Made by a program: the position numbers and the translations under genes. Positions 50,517 through 60,473 of a DNA stretch of 64,000 bases are shown in pieces. The DNA comes from Spirochaetia bacterium (GTDB lineage: Bacteria; Spirochaetota; Spirochaetia; SZUA-6; Bin103). The stretch lies in the NCBI GenBank assembly GCA_965199955.1, contig CBDATQ010000001.1, positions 288,001-352,000 of the forward strand, written 5' to 3'. Every line of letters starts with the position of its first letter. The first letter of the stretch is position 1. The notes below the pieces were generated by a model. It did not search any database and had not been told where the DNA came from. It saw only the letters and a list, made by a program, of their open reading frames with translations.

Positions 50517-52709
50517 ATGAGTCGACTGGCTAGACGATGCGCGGCTCTGTGCTGTATCTGCCTGCTCGTTGCCGGCGCCCGTGCGGCTGCGCAAACAGAC
50601 GCGGCCCCGGATCCTCGCGCTCCCTGGTTCGCGCGCGAACACGTGCTGGACATCGCCATCGAGATGGCGCCGGCGGACTGGGAAGACCTGCGCGCCCGGA
50701 CGCGCACCCTGCAGGACATCCTGGGCGGCGACGACTGCCTGGCCGAGCCCGTGGAGGAGATCTTCACCTGGTTCGAGGCCACGGTGACCGTGGACGGCGC
50801 GGCCTACGCCCGGGCCGGTGTCCGCAAGAAGGGGTTCTTCGGCTCGCTCAGCACCGAGAAGCCGTCGCTCAAGCTGCGCTTCGACAAGTACGTGGACGGC
50901 CGCCTGCTCGGCGGCGCGATCGACCGCATGACCCTCAACAACAGCCTGCAGGACGCGTCGATGATCAGCACCTGTCTGGCCTACGAGGTGTTCGCCGCCG
51001 CCGGGCTGCCGTCGCCGCGCTGCAACTTCGCCACCGTGACCGTGAACGGCGCCGACCTGGGCCTCTACGTGCACGTCGAGGAGATCAAGCCGCCGTTCCT
51101 GGCGCGCCACTTCGCCAGCGCCGCGGGCAACCTGTACGAAGGCACCCTCAGCGACTTCGATCCCGGCTGGCGCGGGACCTTCGAGAAGAAGACGAACGAG
51201 GCCGAGGACGACTGGTCGGACATCGACGACGCCGTCGCCGCGCTGCAGGACCCCTCCCCCGCCGGCCTGGAGGCGCTGGACGCCATCGTCGACATCGATC
51301 GATTCCTGTCATTCTGGGCGACCGAGGTGTTGGTCGGCCACTGGGACGGGTACGCTGGCAATCGCAACAACTACCACTTCTACCGAGAGCCGGACGGACG
51401 CTTCGTGTTCATCCCCTGGGGTGTGGACGCCGTGTTCGAAACGACTGACGTGCCGTTCGACGACTTCGAGTCGCCGCCTTCGGTGAACGCCCACGGCGTC
51501 CTGGCGCATCGCCTGTACCAGGACGAAGCCGGGCGCGCGGCGTACTCCGGCCGCCTCCGCGAGTTGCTGGCCGCGGTCTGGAACGAGGAGGAACTGCTGC
51601 GCAGCGCCGACGAGCTGGCAGCCATCGTGCAGACCCACGCCCCGCCCGAAGCGCGCGAGGAGGCAGCCGACGACACCGTCCGGGTGCGGCGCTTCATCCT
51701 CAAGCGGCGCGGCGAGCTGTTGGCGGATCTGGAGCCCGAGCCGCCGGACTGGCCCTGGCCGCTGGTCGACGCGGCCTCCGTGTGCTGGGGCGAGGGCAGC
51801 GGGGTCGCGACGTTCGAGGTGGCGTTCAAGACCACCTGGGGGACGAAGGACAGCCCCAATCCGTTCGAGACCGGCACGATCACCAGCCTGGCCCTGGACG
51901 GGACCGACCAGCCGCCGGGGACGGCGGGGGCGACCGCCGGCCTCGCAAACGCCGAAGAAGCGGCGGAGGTCGGACTCGAAGACGGCGCGTTCCTGTCCGT
52001 GATGAGGCTGGAGGCGGACTTGTCCATCGAGGGATTCACCGTGTGGCTCCCGGTCGACCTGCTGTCCGCCGGAACCGAGCTGACGATCGGCGAAGGCGGA
52101 GTCGGCGGCGTCCAATGGAAGATGCCGCCGGGCGCCGCCGCCCCGGAAACGTACGTGCCGATCGTGGCGGGCACGCTGGAGCTGGCCGCGGCAGGCACGG
52201 AACGGGGGGCGGTGATAGCGGGTCGGCTCTCAGGCGCCTTCGGGTTCGGCGCTCCACCCGTGGAGGAACGCGCTGCCGCCCCGGAGGCCGGCCTGGAAAT
52301 CGACGCCGGCCTGGTCATCAACGAGGTCGCCGCACAGGGCGATCCGCTCGACTGGGTGGAGCTGTACAATGCTGCCGATGCCGACCTTGCCCTGGCGGAC
52401 TTCGTGATCGCCGACGACCTGAAGGACGCCGGCAAGCGCGTCCCGTTCCCGGCGGACCTCGTGATCCCGGCGGGCGGCCATCTCCGGGTCGAGCTGGACA
52501 AGGACGGCTGGCCCGGCTTCGCCCTGGGCAAGGATGAGGAGCTCGGCGTCTGGACGGCCGGCGGCGCCTTGGCAGCGGCGGTCGACTGGGACGAGGGTCA
52601 GGCTGACGCGGGCACCAGCTTCGCCCGGCTGCCGGACGGCACCGGCGAATTCCGGACCGTGAGCACGCCCACGCCTGGGGCTCCGAATCAGGCCGAGGAG
52701 GGAAGATGA
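50517..52709 (+). CDS. Secreted CotH kinase-family protein with C-terminal lamin-tail domain
   Basis: VRKKG...KPSLKLRFDKY, GLYVHVEEI, HWDGY...NNY...IPWGVD; LVINEV...DWVELYN...TPGAPN. Confidence 0.85.
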   Translation: MSRLARRCAALCCICLLVAGARAAAQTDAAPDPRAPWFAREHVLDIAIEMAPADWEDLRARTRTLQDILGGDDCLAEPVEEIFTWFEATVTVDGAAYARAGVRKKGFFGSLSTEKPSLKLRFDKYVDGRLLGGAIDRMTLNNSLQDASMISTCLAYEVFAAAGLPSPRCNFATVTVNGADLGLYVHVEEIKPPFLARHFASAAGNLYEGTLSDFDPGWRGTFEKKTNEAEDDWSDIDDAVAALQDPSPAGLEALDAIVDIDRFLSFWATEVLVGHWDGYAGNRNNYHFYREPDGRFVFIPWGVDAVFETTDVPFDDFESPPSVNAHGVLAHRLYQDEAGRAAYSGRLRELLAAVWNEEELLRSADELAAIVQTHAPPEAREEAADDTVRVRRFILKRRGELLADLEPEPPDWPWPLVDAASVCWGEGSGVATFEVAFKTTWGTKDSPNPFETGTITSLALDGTDQPPGTAGATAGLANAEEAAEVGLEDGAFLSVMRLEADLSIEGFTVWLPVDLLSAGTELTIGEGGVGGVQWKMPPGAAAPETYVPIVAGTLELAAAGTERGAVIAGRLSGAFGFGAPPVEERAAAPEAGLEIDAGLVINEVAAQGDPLDWVELYNAADADLALADFVIADDLKDAGKRVPFPADLVIPAGGHLRVELDKDGWPGFALGKDEELGVWTAGGALAAAVDWDEGQADAGTSFARLPDGTGEFRTVSTPTPGAPNQAEEGR

Positions 52710-52767
52710 CGGACACGTGGACGTGGGAGCCGATCGCCAGGCACGACGTGAGGTAGGCTCCGAGACC

Positions 52768-53373
52768 ATGGACGCCTTGACAAAGAGCCCCCCGCTCGCC
52801 GCGATCGTGGTCCTGGCAGCGCTCGGCTGTGCCGCGCCGACGCCGATCGGGCCGCCGACGTTTGCGGCGACCATTGACGGCCCGAAGGCCTACACGGTTG
52901 ACGAGGAGATCACTCCCCTCGTCCTGCCCGCCGCCACCGGCGGCACGGGCACGCTGACGTACTCGCTCGGTCCCGAGATCCAGACCGGTCTTGCTTTCGA
53001 CCCGGCCTCGCGCACCCTGAGCGGCACGCCGACGGCCACCGGCACCTACCGGATGACCTACCGGGTGGAAGACACGAACGGCCACAGCGCCGAGCTCACC
53101 TTCACCATCACCATCGAGAAGGCTCGAGTGGTCGGCGACGCACCGAGATTCGGCGACGGCACGCACATCGTGGGAGTGGACATCGAACCGGGCACATATC
53201 GCAACGCAGGGGAAGGGTTCTGCTACTGGGAGAGGCTTAGTGGGTTCTCCGGGGAGCTTGACGATATCCTGGCCAACGGAATATTGGATGGTGTCTCCGG
53301 GGTAGTGACAATCAAGGCGTCGGACCGGGGGTTCAGTTCGCAGGGTTGCGGTAGATGGCAAGCGGTTCAGTGA
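52768..53373 (+). CDS. Lipoprotein with putative Ig (He_PIG) domain
   Basis: Lipobox ALGC; LPAATGGTGTLTYSL...GLAFDPASRTLSGTPT; FGDGTHIVGVDIEPGTY...CYWERL domain. Confidence 0.8.
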   Translation: MDALTKSPPLAAIVVLAALGCAAPTPIGPPTFAATIDGPKAYTVDEEITPLVLPAATGGTGTLTYSLGPEIQTGLAFDPASRTLSGTPTATGTYRMTYRVEDTNGHSAELTFTITIEKARVVGDAPRFGDGTHIVGVDIEPGTYRNAGEGFCYWERLSGFSGELDDILANGILDGVSGVVTIKASDRGFSSQGCGRWQAVQ

Positions 53374-53532
53374 GCGTTGCGCGGGACGGCCCCGGTGAAT
53401 TTGAGGCCGTCCAAAGTGCGGTGGGTGGTACCGGCGTAGAGCGGAACGTTTCACCTCCAGCGACATGGCGATCATTCGACGTATTTCTGGCTGGAATGGC
53501 AGAAATACGTCCGAAAAACGTGCGGGGAGCTC

Positions 53533-54471
53533 TCAGCCGAACAGGCGGTCGATCAGCTCCATGGACAGGATCGCTTCGTGCAGGTCGCAGGCGGGGGGGC
53601 CGAACGGGCGGCCGTCGCGCACGCGGTCGATGAAGTAGCGGTTCTGTTCGCGGGTGCTTTCATCGCCGGAGCAGGTGAGCTCCGTGACCTGTCCGTCGAT
53701 GATCACCTGGCCGCTGCGCACGCCTTCCAGGTAGGCGGAAGCGCTGCGGCCGTGCATCTCGTAGCGCTCCAGCCGGGCGCCGGCGGTGACGTTGGCGACC
53801 AGGTGGGCGACGCAGCCGCTCTCGAACAGGATGAGTCCCCCATACACGTCGCGGTAACCGGAGAAGAAGCTCCCCGAGAGGCTGTGCACTTCCGCCACCG
53901 GGGAGTCGGCAAGTGCGCGCACGCAGTCCAGCGCATGCACGGGGGTCTCGTAGAAGTACCGGTCGAGCACCGGCGGCTTCAGGATGCCACGTTCCTCGAT
54001 GTCGACCAGGTTCTTGTGGAACTCGCCGACGATCGTGGTCAGCGGGCCGCGCTCGCAGATCAGCCGCTTCGCCTCGCGGATCGCCGGGTTGAAGCGGCGG
54101 TTGAGGCCGACCATGCAGCGGGCGCCGGTGCGCTCGGAGATTTCCAGAAGGGCGCGCGTCTGTGACACGTGGAGTCCGGGGGGCTTCTCCAGCAGGGTGT
54201 GGACGCCGGCCTCCAGGCAGACCTGCGCAACGGGAGCGTTGAACTCCGGGGGCACCGCGACGACCACGGCGTCCGGGGACTCGGCTTCGAGCATCCGCTC
54301 CGGCAGCGCATAGGTGGCAACGCCGCCAAGCTCCTCGGCCGCGGCGTTGCGGCGTGTCTCGTCCAGGTCGCACACCGCCGTCATCACGGCTCCGTCGATC
54401 GCGGCGATGTGTCGCGCGTGGCCGCGCCCCCGTCCGCCGCAGCCGATCAGGGCTGCGCGTGTCTCTTTCAT
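53533..54471 (-). CDS. Gfo/Idh/MocA family oxidoreductase
   Basis: IGCGGRG, LLEKPP, GLNRRFNP, HALD. Confidence 0.9.
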   Translation of the reverse strand: MKETRAALIGCGGRGRGHARHIAAIDGAVMTAVCDLDETRRNAAAEELGGVATYALPERMLEAESPDAVVVAVPPEFNAPVAQVCLEAGVHTLLEKPPGLHVSQTRALLEISERTGARCMVGLNRRFNPAIREAKRLICERGPLTTIVGEFHKNLVDIEERGILKPPVLDRYFYETPVHALDCVRALADSPVAEVHSLSGSFFSGYRDVYGGLILFESGCVAHLVANVTAGARLERYEMHGRSASAYLEGVRSGQVIIDGQVTELTCSGDESTREQNRYFIDRVRDGRPFGPPACDLHEAILSMELIDRLFG

Positions 54472-55523
54472 GCTCCTCGCTCCTCCGCACCGGCGACATC
54501 GATGATCACCTTGCGCTCCTGGCGCTCGCCGCGCGCCAGCGCGGTCATCACCTCCGGCACGTCGTCCAGCGTACACCGCGCCTCGATGAAGGTGGCCAGC
54601 CGGCCGGCGAGCTGAGGCAGCGCATCGACGCTCTCCTGGAACGATGCGCGGTCGAAGCCGTAGCTGCCGATGACCGTGACTTCGTCGGAGACCAGGTCCT
54701 GCAGCGGCAGGCTCACCTCCCGTGCCAGGTTGCCGATGGCCAGCAGCGTGGCGTCGGGCCGGCAGAGCTGGAACGCGAGCGTGAACGACGGGCCGGTGCC
54801 GACGGCGTCGATCACCACCGAGGGGCGACCGCCGAGTGCGGCCTCCACCGCCGCGGAGGTAGCCGCAGGCTCCTCGCCCGCCCGCAGGTGATAGGGCTGT
54901 GCGTCGAAGGCCGAGGCCGCCTGCGCCTTGTCCGCCAACGTGTCCAGCACGACGATCGGGTCGAAGCCCCGCAGGTGGCCGACCGTGGCCGCGCACAGGC
55001 CGATGGTGCCGGCGCCCAGTATGGCCAGCGGTCCGGGGCGGCGGTCGTGGGCGGCAAGGCGGTCGAACGCATGGCCGGTCACCGCCGCCGGCTCGGCCAG
55101 CGCCGCGATGTCCGGCCCCACCCCGGACGGGATGGGGATGGCGTTGTCCGCGGGGACCGTGACGTATTCGGCCATCGCCCCGCGGCGGGAGAGATTGACG
55201 CCGATTATCTGCTTGTTCAGGAAGCTCGGATCGCCCTCCTCCGGGCTCGGAGCATGGTCGGCGATGATGTTGTACAGGGCGACCGGCGTGCCCACCGGCG
55301 GCCCGCCGGCGCCGGGACCCAGCGCCGCGACGCGGGCGCCGACCTCGTGTCCCATGACCATGTCGGGCGCGCGTCGGCCGCTCTCACCGGTGAAGCCGTG
55401 CACGTCGCTGCCGCAGATGCCGACGGCGTCGACCGCCAGCAGCACCTCCCCCGCGCGGGGCTGCGGCTGCGGCAGATCGACCACGCGCATCGTCCACGGC
55501 TTCTCGTACAGAACCGCTTTCAT
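54468..55523 (-). CDS. Zinc-binding alcohol dehydrogenase family protein
   Basis: GICGSDVH, GHEVG, AEP, GAGTIG. Confidence 0.9.
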   Translation of the reverse strand: MKAVLYEKPWTMRVVDLPQPQPRAGEVLLAVDAVGICGSDVHGFTGESGRRAPDMVMGHEVGARVAALGPGAGGPPVGTPVALYNIIADHAPSPEEGDPSFLNKQIIGVNLSRRGAMAEYVTVPADNAIPIPSGVGPDIAALAEPAAVTGHAFDRLAAHDRRPGPLAILGAGTIGLCAATVGHLRGFDPIVVLDTLADKAQAASAFDAQPYHLRAGEEPAATSAAVEAALGGRPSVVIDAVGTGPSFTLAFQLCRPDATLLAIGNLAREVSLPLQDLVSDEVTVIGSYGFDRASFQESVDALPQLAGRLATFIEARCTLDDVPEVMTALARGERQERKVIIDVAGAEERGA

Positions 55524-55580
55524 GGCGCCGAGCATAGCGGCCCGCGCACGCGAAGCCAAAGACGCCGCGTGCGCCGCTCC

Positions 55581-55853
55581 TCAGCCGAGCGAGCGGTGCC
55601 GGGAGTCATCGCGCGAGGGGGCCGGCGCGGCGCTCGTGCGGTCCGCTCCGGCATCGGCGCCGCCGTAGCGCGGCAGCCAGTATTCCAGCCACGTGCGCTG
55701 GCAGCGGCGGTCGCAGAAGCTCAGGCGATGCTCGCCGTGCCGCGCTCGCCAGAGACGGCCGACGATCATCTTGCCGCACAGGTCGCAGCGCGCGGTGGTG
55801 GTGGCGTACAGCGCGTCGGGGACCGGCTCCCAGCTCCCGTCGGCGGCGCTCAC
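55581..55853 (-). CDS. Small Cys-rich (CxxC...CxxxC) putative metal-binding protein
   Basis: GTG overlapping hydantoinase B stop; CDLCGK...FCDRRCQRTWLEYWLPRY. Confidence 0.6.
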   Translation of the reverse strand: MSAADGSWEPVPDALYATTTARCDLCGKMIVGRLWRARHGEHRLSFCDRRCQRTWLEYWLPRYGGADAGADRTSAAPAPSRDDSRHRSLG

Positions 55854-57622
55854 GGTTCCGAGCGTAGCTGCGCCGTTGCCGCCGCGTCGAGGCGCCAGCC
55901 GCCGTCGGCGTCCCGCGCCAGCACCACCCCGTACACCTCGCGCGCCTGATCCGGGCCGAGCACCCCGTCGCGCACCTCCTCGCACACAAGCTCGGGGTCG
56001 CGCTCCGCCGGCGGCCCGTACCCGCCGCCGCCGGGACTGACGATCTCGATGCGATCGCCGCCTTGCACCCGGATGTCCGCGAACTTGTTGGGCGACACGG
56101 TGCCGAACGCTTCGCTGAAGGTGCGCCAGGAATCGTCGCCGTCCCGGCGGATGCGCAGCGCTCCCGGGCGTCCCTGCCGGCCGCCGAACAGCCCCCAGGC
56201 GCCTGTCTCGTGGCGGTCCATGAAGCTGGACACCGTGATCTCCGGCGCCCGCGCCTCGATCACGCGGCGGCTGCCGGCGCCGCCGCGGCTGCGTCCGTGG
56301 CCTCCCGAGCCGTCGGCCAGACTGTAGCTGTGCGTCAGCCACGGGTAGCGGGTCTCGAACACCTCGACCGGCGTGTTGCGGCAGTTGCCGTTGATCGGGC
56401 ACTGGCTGTCGTTGCCGTCGCCGGTCGCCTTGCCGCCCCAGCCGCAGCCTTCGATGTGGTAGTTGGCGTAGAACTCGCCGGTGCGCGGATGGGTGCCGCC
56501 GAACAGGAAGTTGCAGGAACTGGCGCCGGTGGCGGCCGCCACCCGCTCGGGCAGCGGCTGGGACAGGCAGCCGAACAGGACGTCGACGATGCGCTCGTGG
56601 ATCTCGGAGTTGCCGCCCACGCTGGGGCCGGGATGCTCGACGTTGACGACCGTGCCGGGCGGCACGATCAGCTCGATGGGACGGTAGCAGCCGGAGTTGC
56701 GCGGGATGGTGCGGTCGGTGAGGTTGAGCATCGCGTTGTAGGTGGCGGAGGCGGTCACGCCGTAGGTGCAGTTACAGGGGCCCTGCGCCTGCGGGCTGGA
56801 GCCGTTGTAGTCGAAGATGATGCGCTCTCCGCGCACTACCGCGGTGCAGTGGATGCGGTAGCGCTCGTCCGCCACCACGCCGTCGTTCTCGATCCAGTCC
56901 TCGAACGCATACTCGCCGTCGGGGATCTCCGCGATCTCCGCGCGCATGCGCCGTTCGGCGTAGTCCATGAGCTCTCTGCCGGCGTCGATCACGGCGTCGA
57001 AGCCGTAGCGGTCCAGGAGCTGGTGCAGCCGCCGCTCGGCGACCGTCAGCGAGCCGATCATGGCGTGGAAGTCGCCCCACGAGGTGCGCGGCGTGCGGTG
57101 GTTGGTGAGGATGATCTTCCAGATGTCGTCGACGTACTCGCCCGAGCGCATGATCTTCACCGGTGGCAGCCGCAGGCCTTCCTGGTAGATTTCGCGGGCG
57201 TCGGCGGCGAATCCGCCGACCGCCTTGCCGCCGATCTCGGTCAGGTGGGCGATGTTGCCGACGAAGCCGTACAGCTCGCCGCGGTGGTACACGGGCTTGA
57301 TCACCGTGTGCTCGGGCAGGTGGCAGCCGCCGCGGTAGGGATCGTTGTGCATCACCACGTCGCCGGGGCGGAAGTTTTCCAGTCCCACCTCGGCGATCGT
57401 CCACTGCATGGTGTGGAGGATCGCCCCGATCTGGGCCGGGCAGAACTCGGCGTAGGAGACCATCTGTGCGTCGCGGTCGAACACCACGCAGGAGAAGTCC
57501 AGCCCCTCGTTGAAGATCGAGGAGTACGAGGTCTTCATCATCGCCAGCCCCATCTCCCGGCAGGTGTTGACCAGGTAGTTGTTGATGATGGTGAGGGTCA
57601 CGCTGTCCAGGATCCGCGCCAT
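55850..57622 (-). CDS. Hydantoinase B/oxoprolinase family protein
   Basis: EGLDFSC, NDPYRGGCHLPE, HLTEIGG, QEGLRLPP, NTPVEVFE, PGGGGYG. Confidence 0.92.
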   Translation of the reverse strand: MARILDSVTLTIINNYLVNTCREMGLAMMKTSYSSIFNEGLDFSCVVFDRDAQMVSYAEFCPAQIGAILHTMQWTIAEVGLENFRPGDVVMHNDPYRGGCHLPEHTVIKPVYHRGELYGFVGNIAHLTEIGGKAVGGFAADAREIYQEGLRLPPVKIMRSGEYVDDIWKIILTNHRTPRTSWGDFHAMIGSLTVAERRLHQLLDRYGFDAVIDAGRELMDYAERRMRAEIAEIPDGEYAFEDWIENDGVVADERYRIHCTAVVRGERIIFDYNGSSPQAQGPCNCTYGVTASATYNAMLNLTDRTIPRNSGCYRPIELIVPPGTVVNVEHPGPSVGGNSEIHERIVDVLFGCLSQPLPERVAAATGASSCNFLFGGTHPRTGEFYANYHIEGCGWGGKATGDGNDSQCPINGNCRNTPVEVFETRYPWLTHSYSLADGSGGHGRSRGGAGSRRVIEARAPEITVSSFMDRHETGAWGLFGGRQGRPGALRIRRDGDDSWRTFSEAFGTVSPNKFADIRVQGGDRIEIVSPGGGGYGPPAERDPELVCEEVRDGVLGPDQAREVYGVVLARDADGGWRLDAAATAQLRSEP

Positions 57623-57629
57623 GGATCGT

Positions 57630-58259
57630 CTATGCCGTCCCGATCATACCGGTGCGGCGCATTATCTGGTCGACGCACTCCTGGGCCGGGTGCGCGTTGG
57701 TGTCCACCCGGACCTCGGGATCCTCCGGGGGTTCGTACGGGCTGCCGATGCCGGTGAAGTTGGGAAGCTCGCCCCGGCGCGCTTTCGCGTACAGGCCCTT
57801 GGTGTCGCGGGCCTCACAGGTATCGATCGACGCGTCGACGAATACCTCCACGAAATCGCCCTGCGCGAACAGACGGCGCGCCGCAGCCCGGTCCGCACGA
57901 AAGGGACTGATCAAGGCCACGATCACGATGAGCCCCGCATCGACCATCAGGCGCGCCACTTCAGCCACGCGCCGGATGTTCTCGATCCGGTCGTCCTTGG
58001 TGAATCCCAGGTCCTTGCTGAGGCCGTGCCGTACATTGTCGCCGTCCAGCACGTAGCTGTGCCGGCCGTCCAGGTGCAACCGCTGCTCCAGAAGATTCGC
58101 GAGCGTCGACTTCCCCGAGCCCGACAGCCCCGTCATCCACAGACACCGTGCGGACTGGTGCTTCGCTTCGCTGCGCAGGTGCTGCGTAACCTGGAAACGC
58201 TGCCAACGGATGTTCGAAGAGCGGCGCAACGCATACTGAACCATGCCGGCGCCCATCAC
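57630..58259 (-). CDS. cysC: Adenylyl-sulfate kinase (C-terminal domain of CysNC/NodQ type)
   Basis: [48 protein letters not shown]-terminus GAGM..YALRRSSNIRWQ is the CysN-CysC linker. Confidence 0.9.
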   Translation of the reverse strand: MMGAGMVQYALRRSSNIRWQRFQVTQHLRSEAKHQSARCLWMTGLSGSGKSTLANLLEQRLHLDGRHSYVLDGDNVRHGLSKDLGFTKDDRIENIRRVAEVARLMVDAGLIVIVALISPFRADRAAARRLFAQGDFVEVFVDASIDTCEARDTKGLYAKARRGELPNFTGIGSPYEPPEDPEVRVDTNAHPAQECVDQIMRRTGMIGTA

Positions 58260-58330
58260 CGTGGCGGTGAGCTGATCGACGAGTTGACGTGCTGCACCGG
58301 CATGCGGAAGGGGCCCTCGGCGCTCGCCAT
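58256..58330 (-). pseudogene. cysN relic (domain II start joined to domain III end)
   Basis: MASAEGPFRMPVQHVN then out-of-frame LVDQLTATVMGAG. Confidence 0.6.
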
Positions 58331-58332
58331 GC

Positions 58333-60384
58333 CTATTCGTCCTCCGGCGCCTCGGCCGGCAGGGTGAGGATGAGGTTGCCGTGCCGATCCACGGTCAGTT
58401 GCGCCCCGTCCGGGACGAAGGTGGTGGAATCGAGCTCCTCGATCACGGCCGGACCGCTCGGTTCGATGCCCGCCGGCAACCGGTCGCGGCGGTAGCCGGC
58501 TCCTGCGGGACCGCGGGTTGCGCTGGCGGCGGCTGCGGCGGGCGCCGCCAGGGCGGGCGGCGGGTCCGCCACGGCCTCGGCGAGCGACACCTTGAGATGC
58601 ACCAGCTCCACGGGGTGATCGGGGAACTGGTAGCCGAAGAACTCCTCGTGGCGGCGGTGGAAGCGCTCGACCGCCGCGGGCAGCCCGTCCGCGAACCGGT
58701 ACTCCACGTCCTGCTCGTAGTTCTGCTGCGCGTAGCGCATGCTCAGGCCGAGGCGCTCGCGCGGTGCGCCGCGCAGCCCCTCAGCGTCGATCTCGCTTCG
58801 CGCGGCGTCCAGCATTACGCGAAAACGCGCGGCCAGCTCCGCATCGTCCACCGCCGAGTGGCGCATGCCCAGGGTTTGCACCCGCTGCACCCGCAGCCGC
58901 GCCAGCGCGGCTCCGAACGCCGAGCACAAACCGGGATGCGGCGGCACCACGACCCGGCGCATCCCCAGCTTGGCGGCGATGGCCGCGGCGTGCAGCGGCC
59001 CGGCGCCGCCGAAGGCGACGAGCACGAAGTCGCGTGGATCGATCCCGCGCTCGATGGTCAGCAGGCGGATCGCGTTGGTCATGTTCTCGTCGGCAAGGTC
59101 GACGATGGCGCGCGCCGCCGCTTCCCGCTGCAGTCCCAGAGACCGCGCCAGCGGGTCGATCACCGCCGCCGCGCGCTCGGGGTGCAGCCGCAACTCCCCG
59201 CCAAGGAAGAACTCGGGGTTGAGCCGGCCGAGCACCAGGTTGGCGTCGGTCACGGTGGCGGCGTCGCCGCCGGCGCCGTAGCAGCCGGGACCTGGCCGGG
59301 CGCCCGCGCTTTCCGGTCCTACGCTGAGCATGCCGCCCTTGTCGATGCGGGCGATGGAGCCGCCGCCGGCGCCAAGCGTGCGCACCTCGATCACGGGAAT
59401 CGCCACCGGCAGGCCCCACTCGATCTCGTACTCGGTGGTGAACTGCGGCTCGCCGTCCAGCAGCAGGCCCACGTCGCAGCTCGTGCCCCCCATGTCGAGG
59501 GTGATCGCCTGCCCGAAGCCCGCCTGGCACGCGAAGTGGGCGCCGCCGATCACGCCTCCGGCGAGCCCCGAGAGCAGCAGGTCGACCGGCCGTTCGGGCG
59601 CCTGGGTGAGCCCGGTGGTGCCGCCGTCCGACTTGAGCAGCGAACAGGGGCCGCTCACGTGGCGTTCGCGCAGCGCCTCTCCGACGCTCCGGCAGTAGCC
59701 GCTCAGCAGCGGCTTCAGGTAGGCGTCGGCGAGGGTGGTGCTGGAGCGCTCGTACTCGCGCCACAGCGGCGCGACCCGGTGCGAGAGGGAGACCGGGATG
59801 GAGGGAAATCGCCGCTCCAGGAACGCGCCGAGCGCAAGCTCATGGGCCGGGTTGAGATAGGAGAACAGCAGGCAGACCGCGATCGCGTCGGCGCCGCGCT
59901 CGGCGATCCGGGCCGCGAGCTGCTTCATGGCCGTGGCCTCCAGCGGCACCACCACCTCGCCCTGGGCGTCGATCCGCTCGGCCACGGGCAGGCAGCTTCG
60001 GCGCCGGACCAGCGGCCGCGGCTTCCGCCAGTGCAGGTCGTACTCGCTCTTGCGGTTGATGCGCTGAATGAACGGGATATCCTCGAACCCCGCCGTGGTG
60101 ACGTACAGCACCTCGGCCCCACGGCGCTGCAGCACCGTGTTGGTGGCCACCGTGGTGCCGTGCACGATGCGCTCGATGGCGGCACCCGGAACCGCGGCCT
60201 TGTCCAGCACCTGGAGCAGTGCGCCCAGCGGAGCGTCGGGTGTGGACGGGGCCTTGGCGACGCGCACGGATCCGTTCGCGCCGAGCGCCACCAGATCCGT
60301 GAATGTGCCGCCGGTGTCGATGCCCAGCGCCAGCGAGCCCGCGGGCGACTGCTTCACCCCGTTCGCACCTGATTCGTCGCTCAC
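58333..60384 (-). CDS. Hydantoinase A/oxoprolinase family protein
   Basis: IDTGGTFTD, HGTTVATN, REYERSSTT, DMGGTSCDV, GAGGGSIA, VGPESAGA, TVTDAN, AFGGAGPLH. Confidence 0.93.
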   Translation of the reverse strand: MSDESGANGVKQSPAGSLALGIDTGGTFTDLVALGANGSVRVAKAPSTPDAPLGALLQVLDKAAVPGAAIERIVHGTTVATNTVLQRRGAEVLYVTTAGFEDIPFIQRINRKSEYDLHWRKPRPLVRRRSCLPVAERIDAQGEVVVPLEATAMKQLAARIAERGADAIAVCLLFSYLNPAHELALGAFLERRFPSIPVSLSHRVAPLWREYERSSTTLADAYLKPLLSGYCRSVGEALRERHVSGPCSLLKSDGGTTGLTQAPERPVDLLLSGLAGGVIGGAHFACQAGFGQAITLDMGGTSCDVGLLLDGEPQFTTEYEIEWGLPVAIPVIEVRTLGAGGGSIARIDKGGMLSVGPESAGARPGPGCYGAGGDAATVTDANLVLGRLNPEFFLGGELRLHPERAAAVIDPLARSLGLQREAAARAIVDLADENMTNAIRLLTIERGIDPRDFVLVAFGGAGPLHAAAIAAKLGMRRVVVPPHPGLCSAFGAALARLRVQRVQTLGMRHSAVDDAELAARFRVMLDAARSEIDAEGLRGAPRERLGLSMRYAQQNYEQDVEYRFADGLPAAVERFHRRHEEFFGYQFPDHPVELVHLKVSLAEAVADPPPALAAPAAAAASATRGPAGAGYRRDRLPAGIEPSGPAVIEELDSTTFVPDGAQLTVDRHGNLILTLPAEAPEDE

Positions 60385-60473
60385 GTCACTCGCAGTTCAT
60401 ACGCGTCGAAGCGAGAGCTTGCAACACGCGGCGACGCGAGTCTGAGGTATGGTATGAGCGAGGTGGGTTGACG

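Noticed and set aside
53478..53511. 12-bp perfect inverted repeat between convergent genes
   Set aside because: Single copy with no U-tract; probably a terminator-like or relic hairpin, no further support
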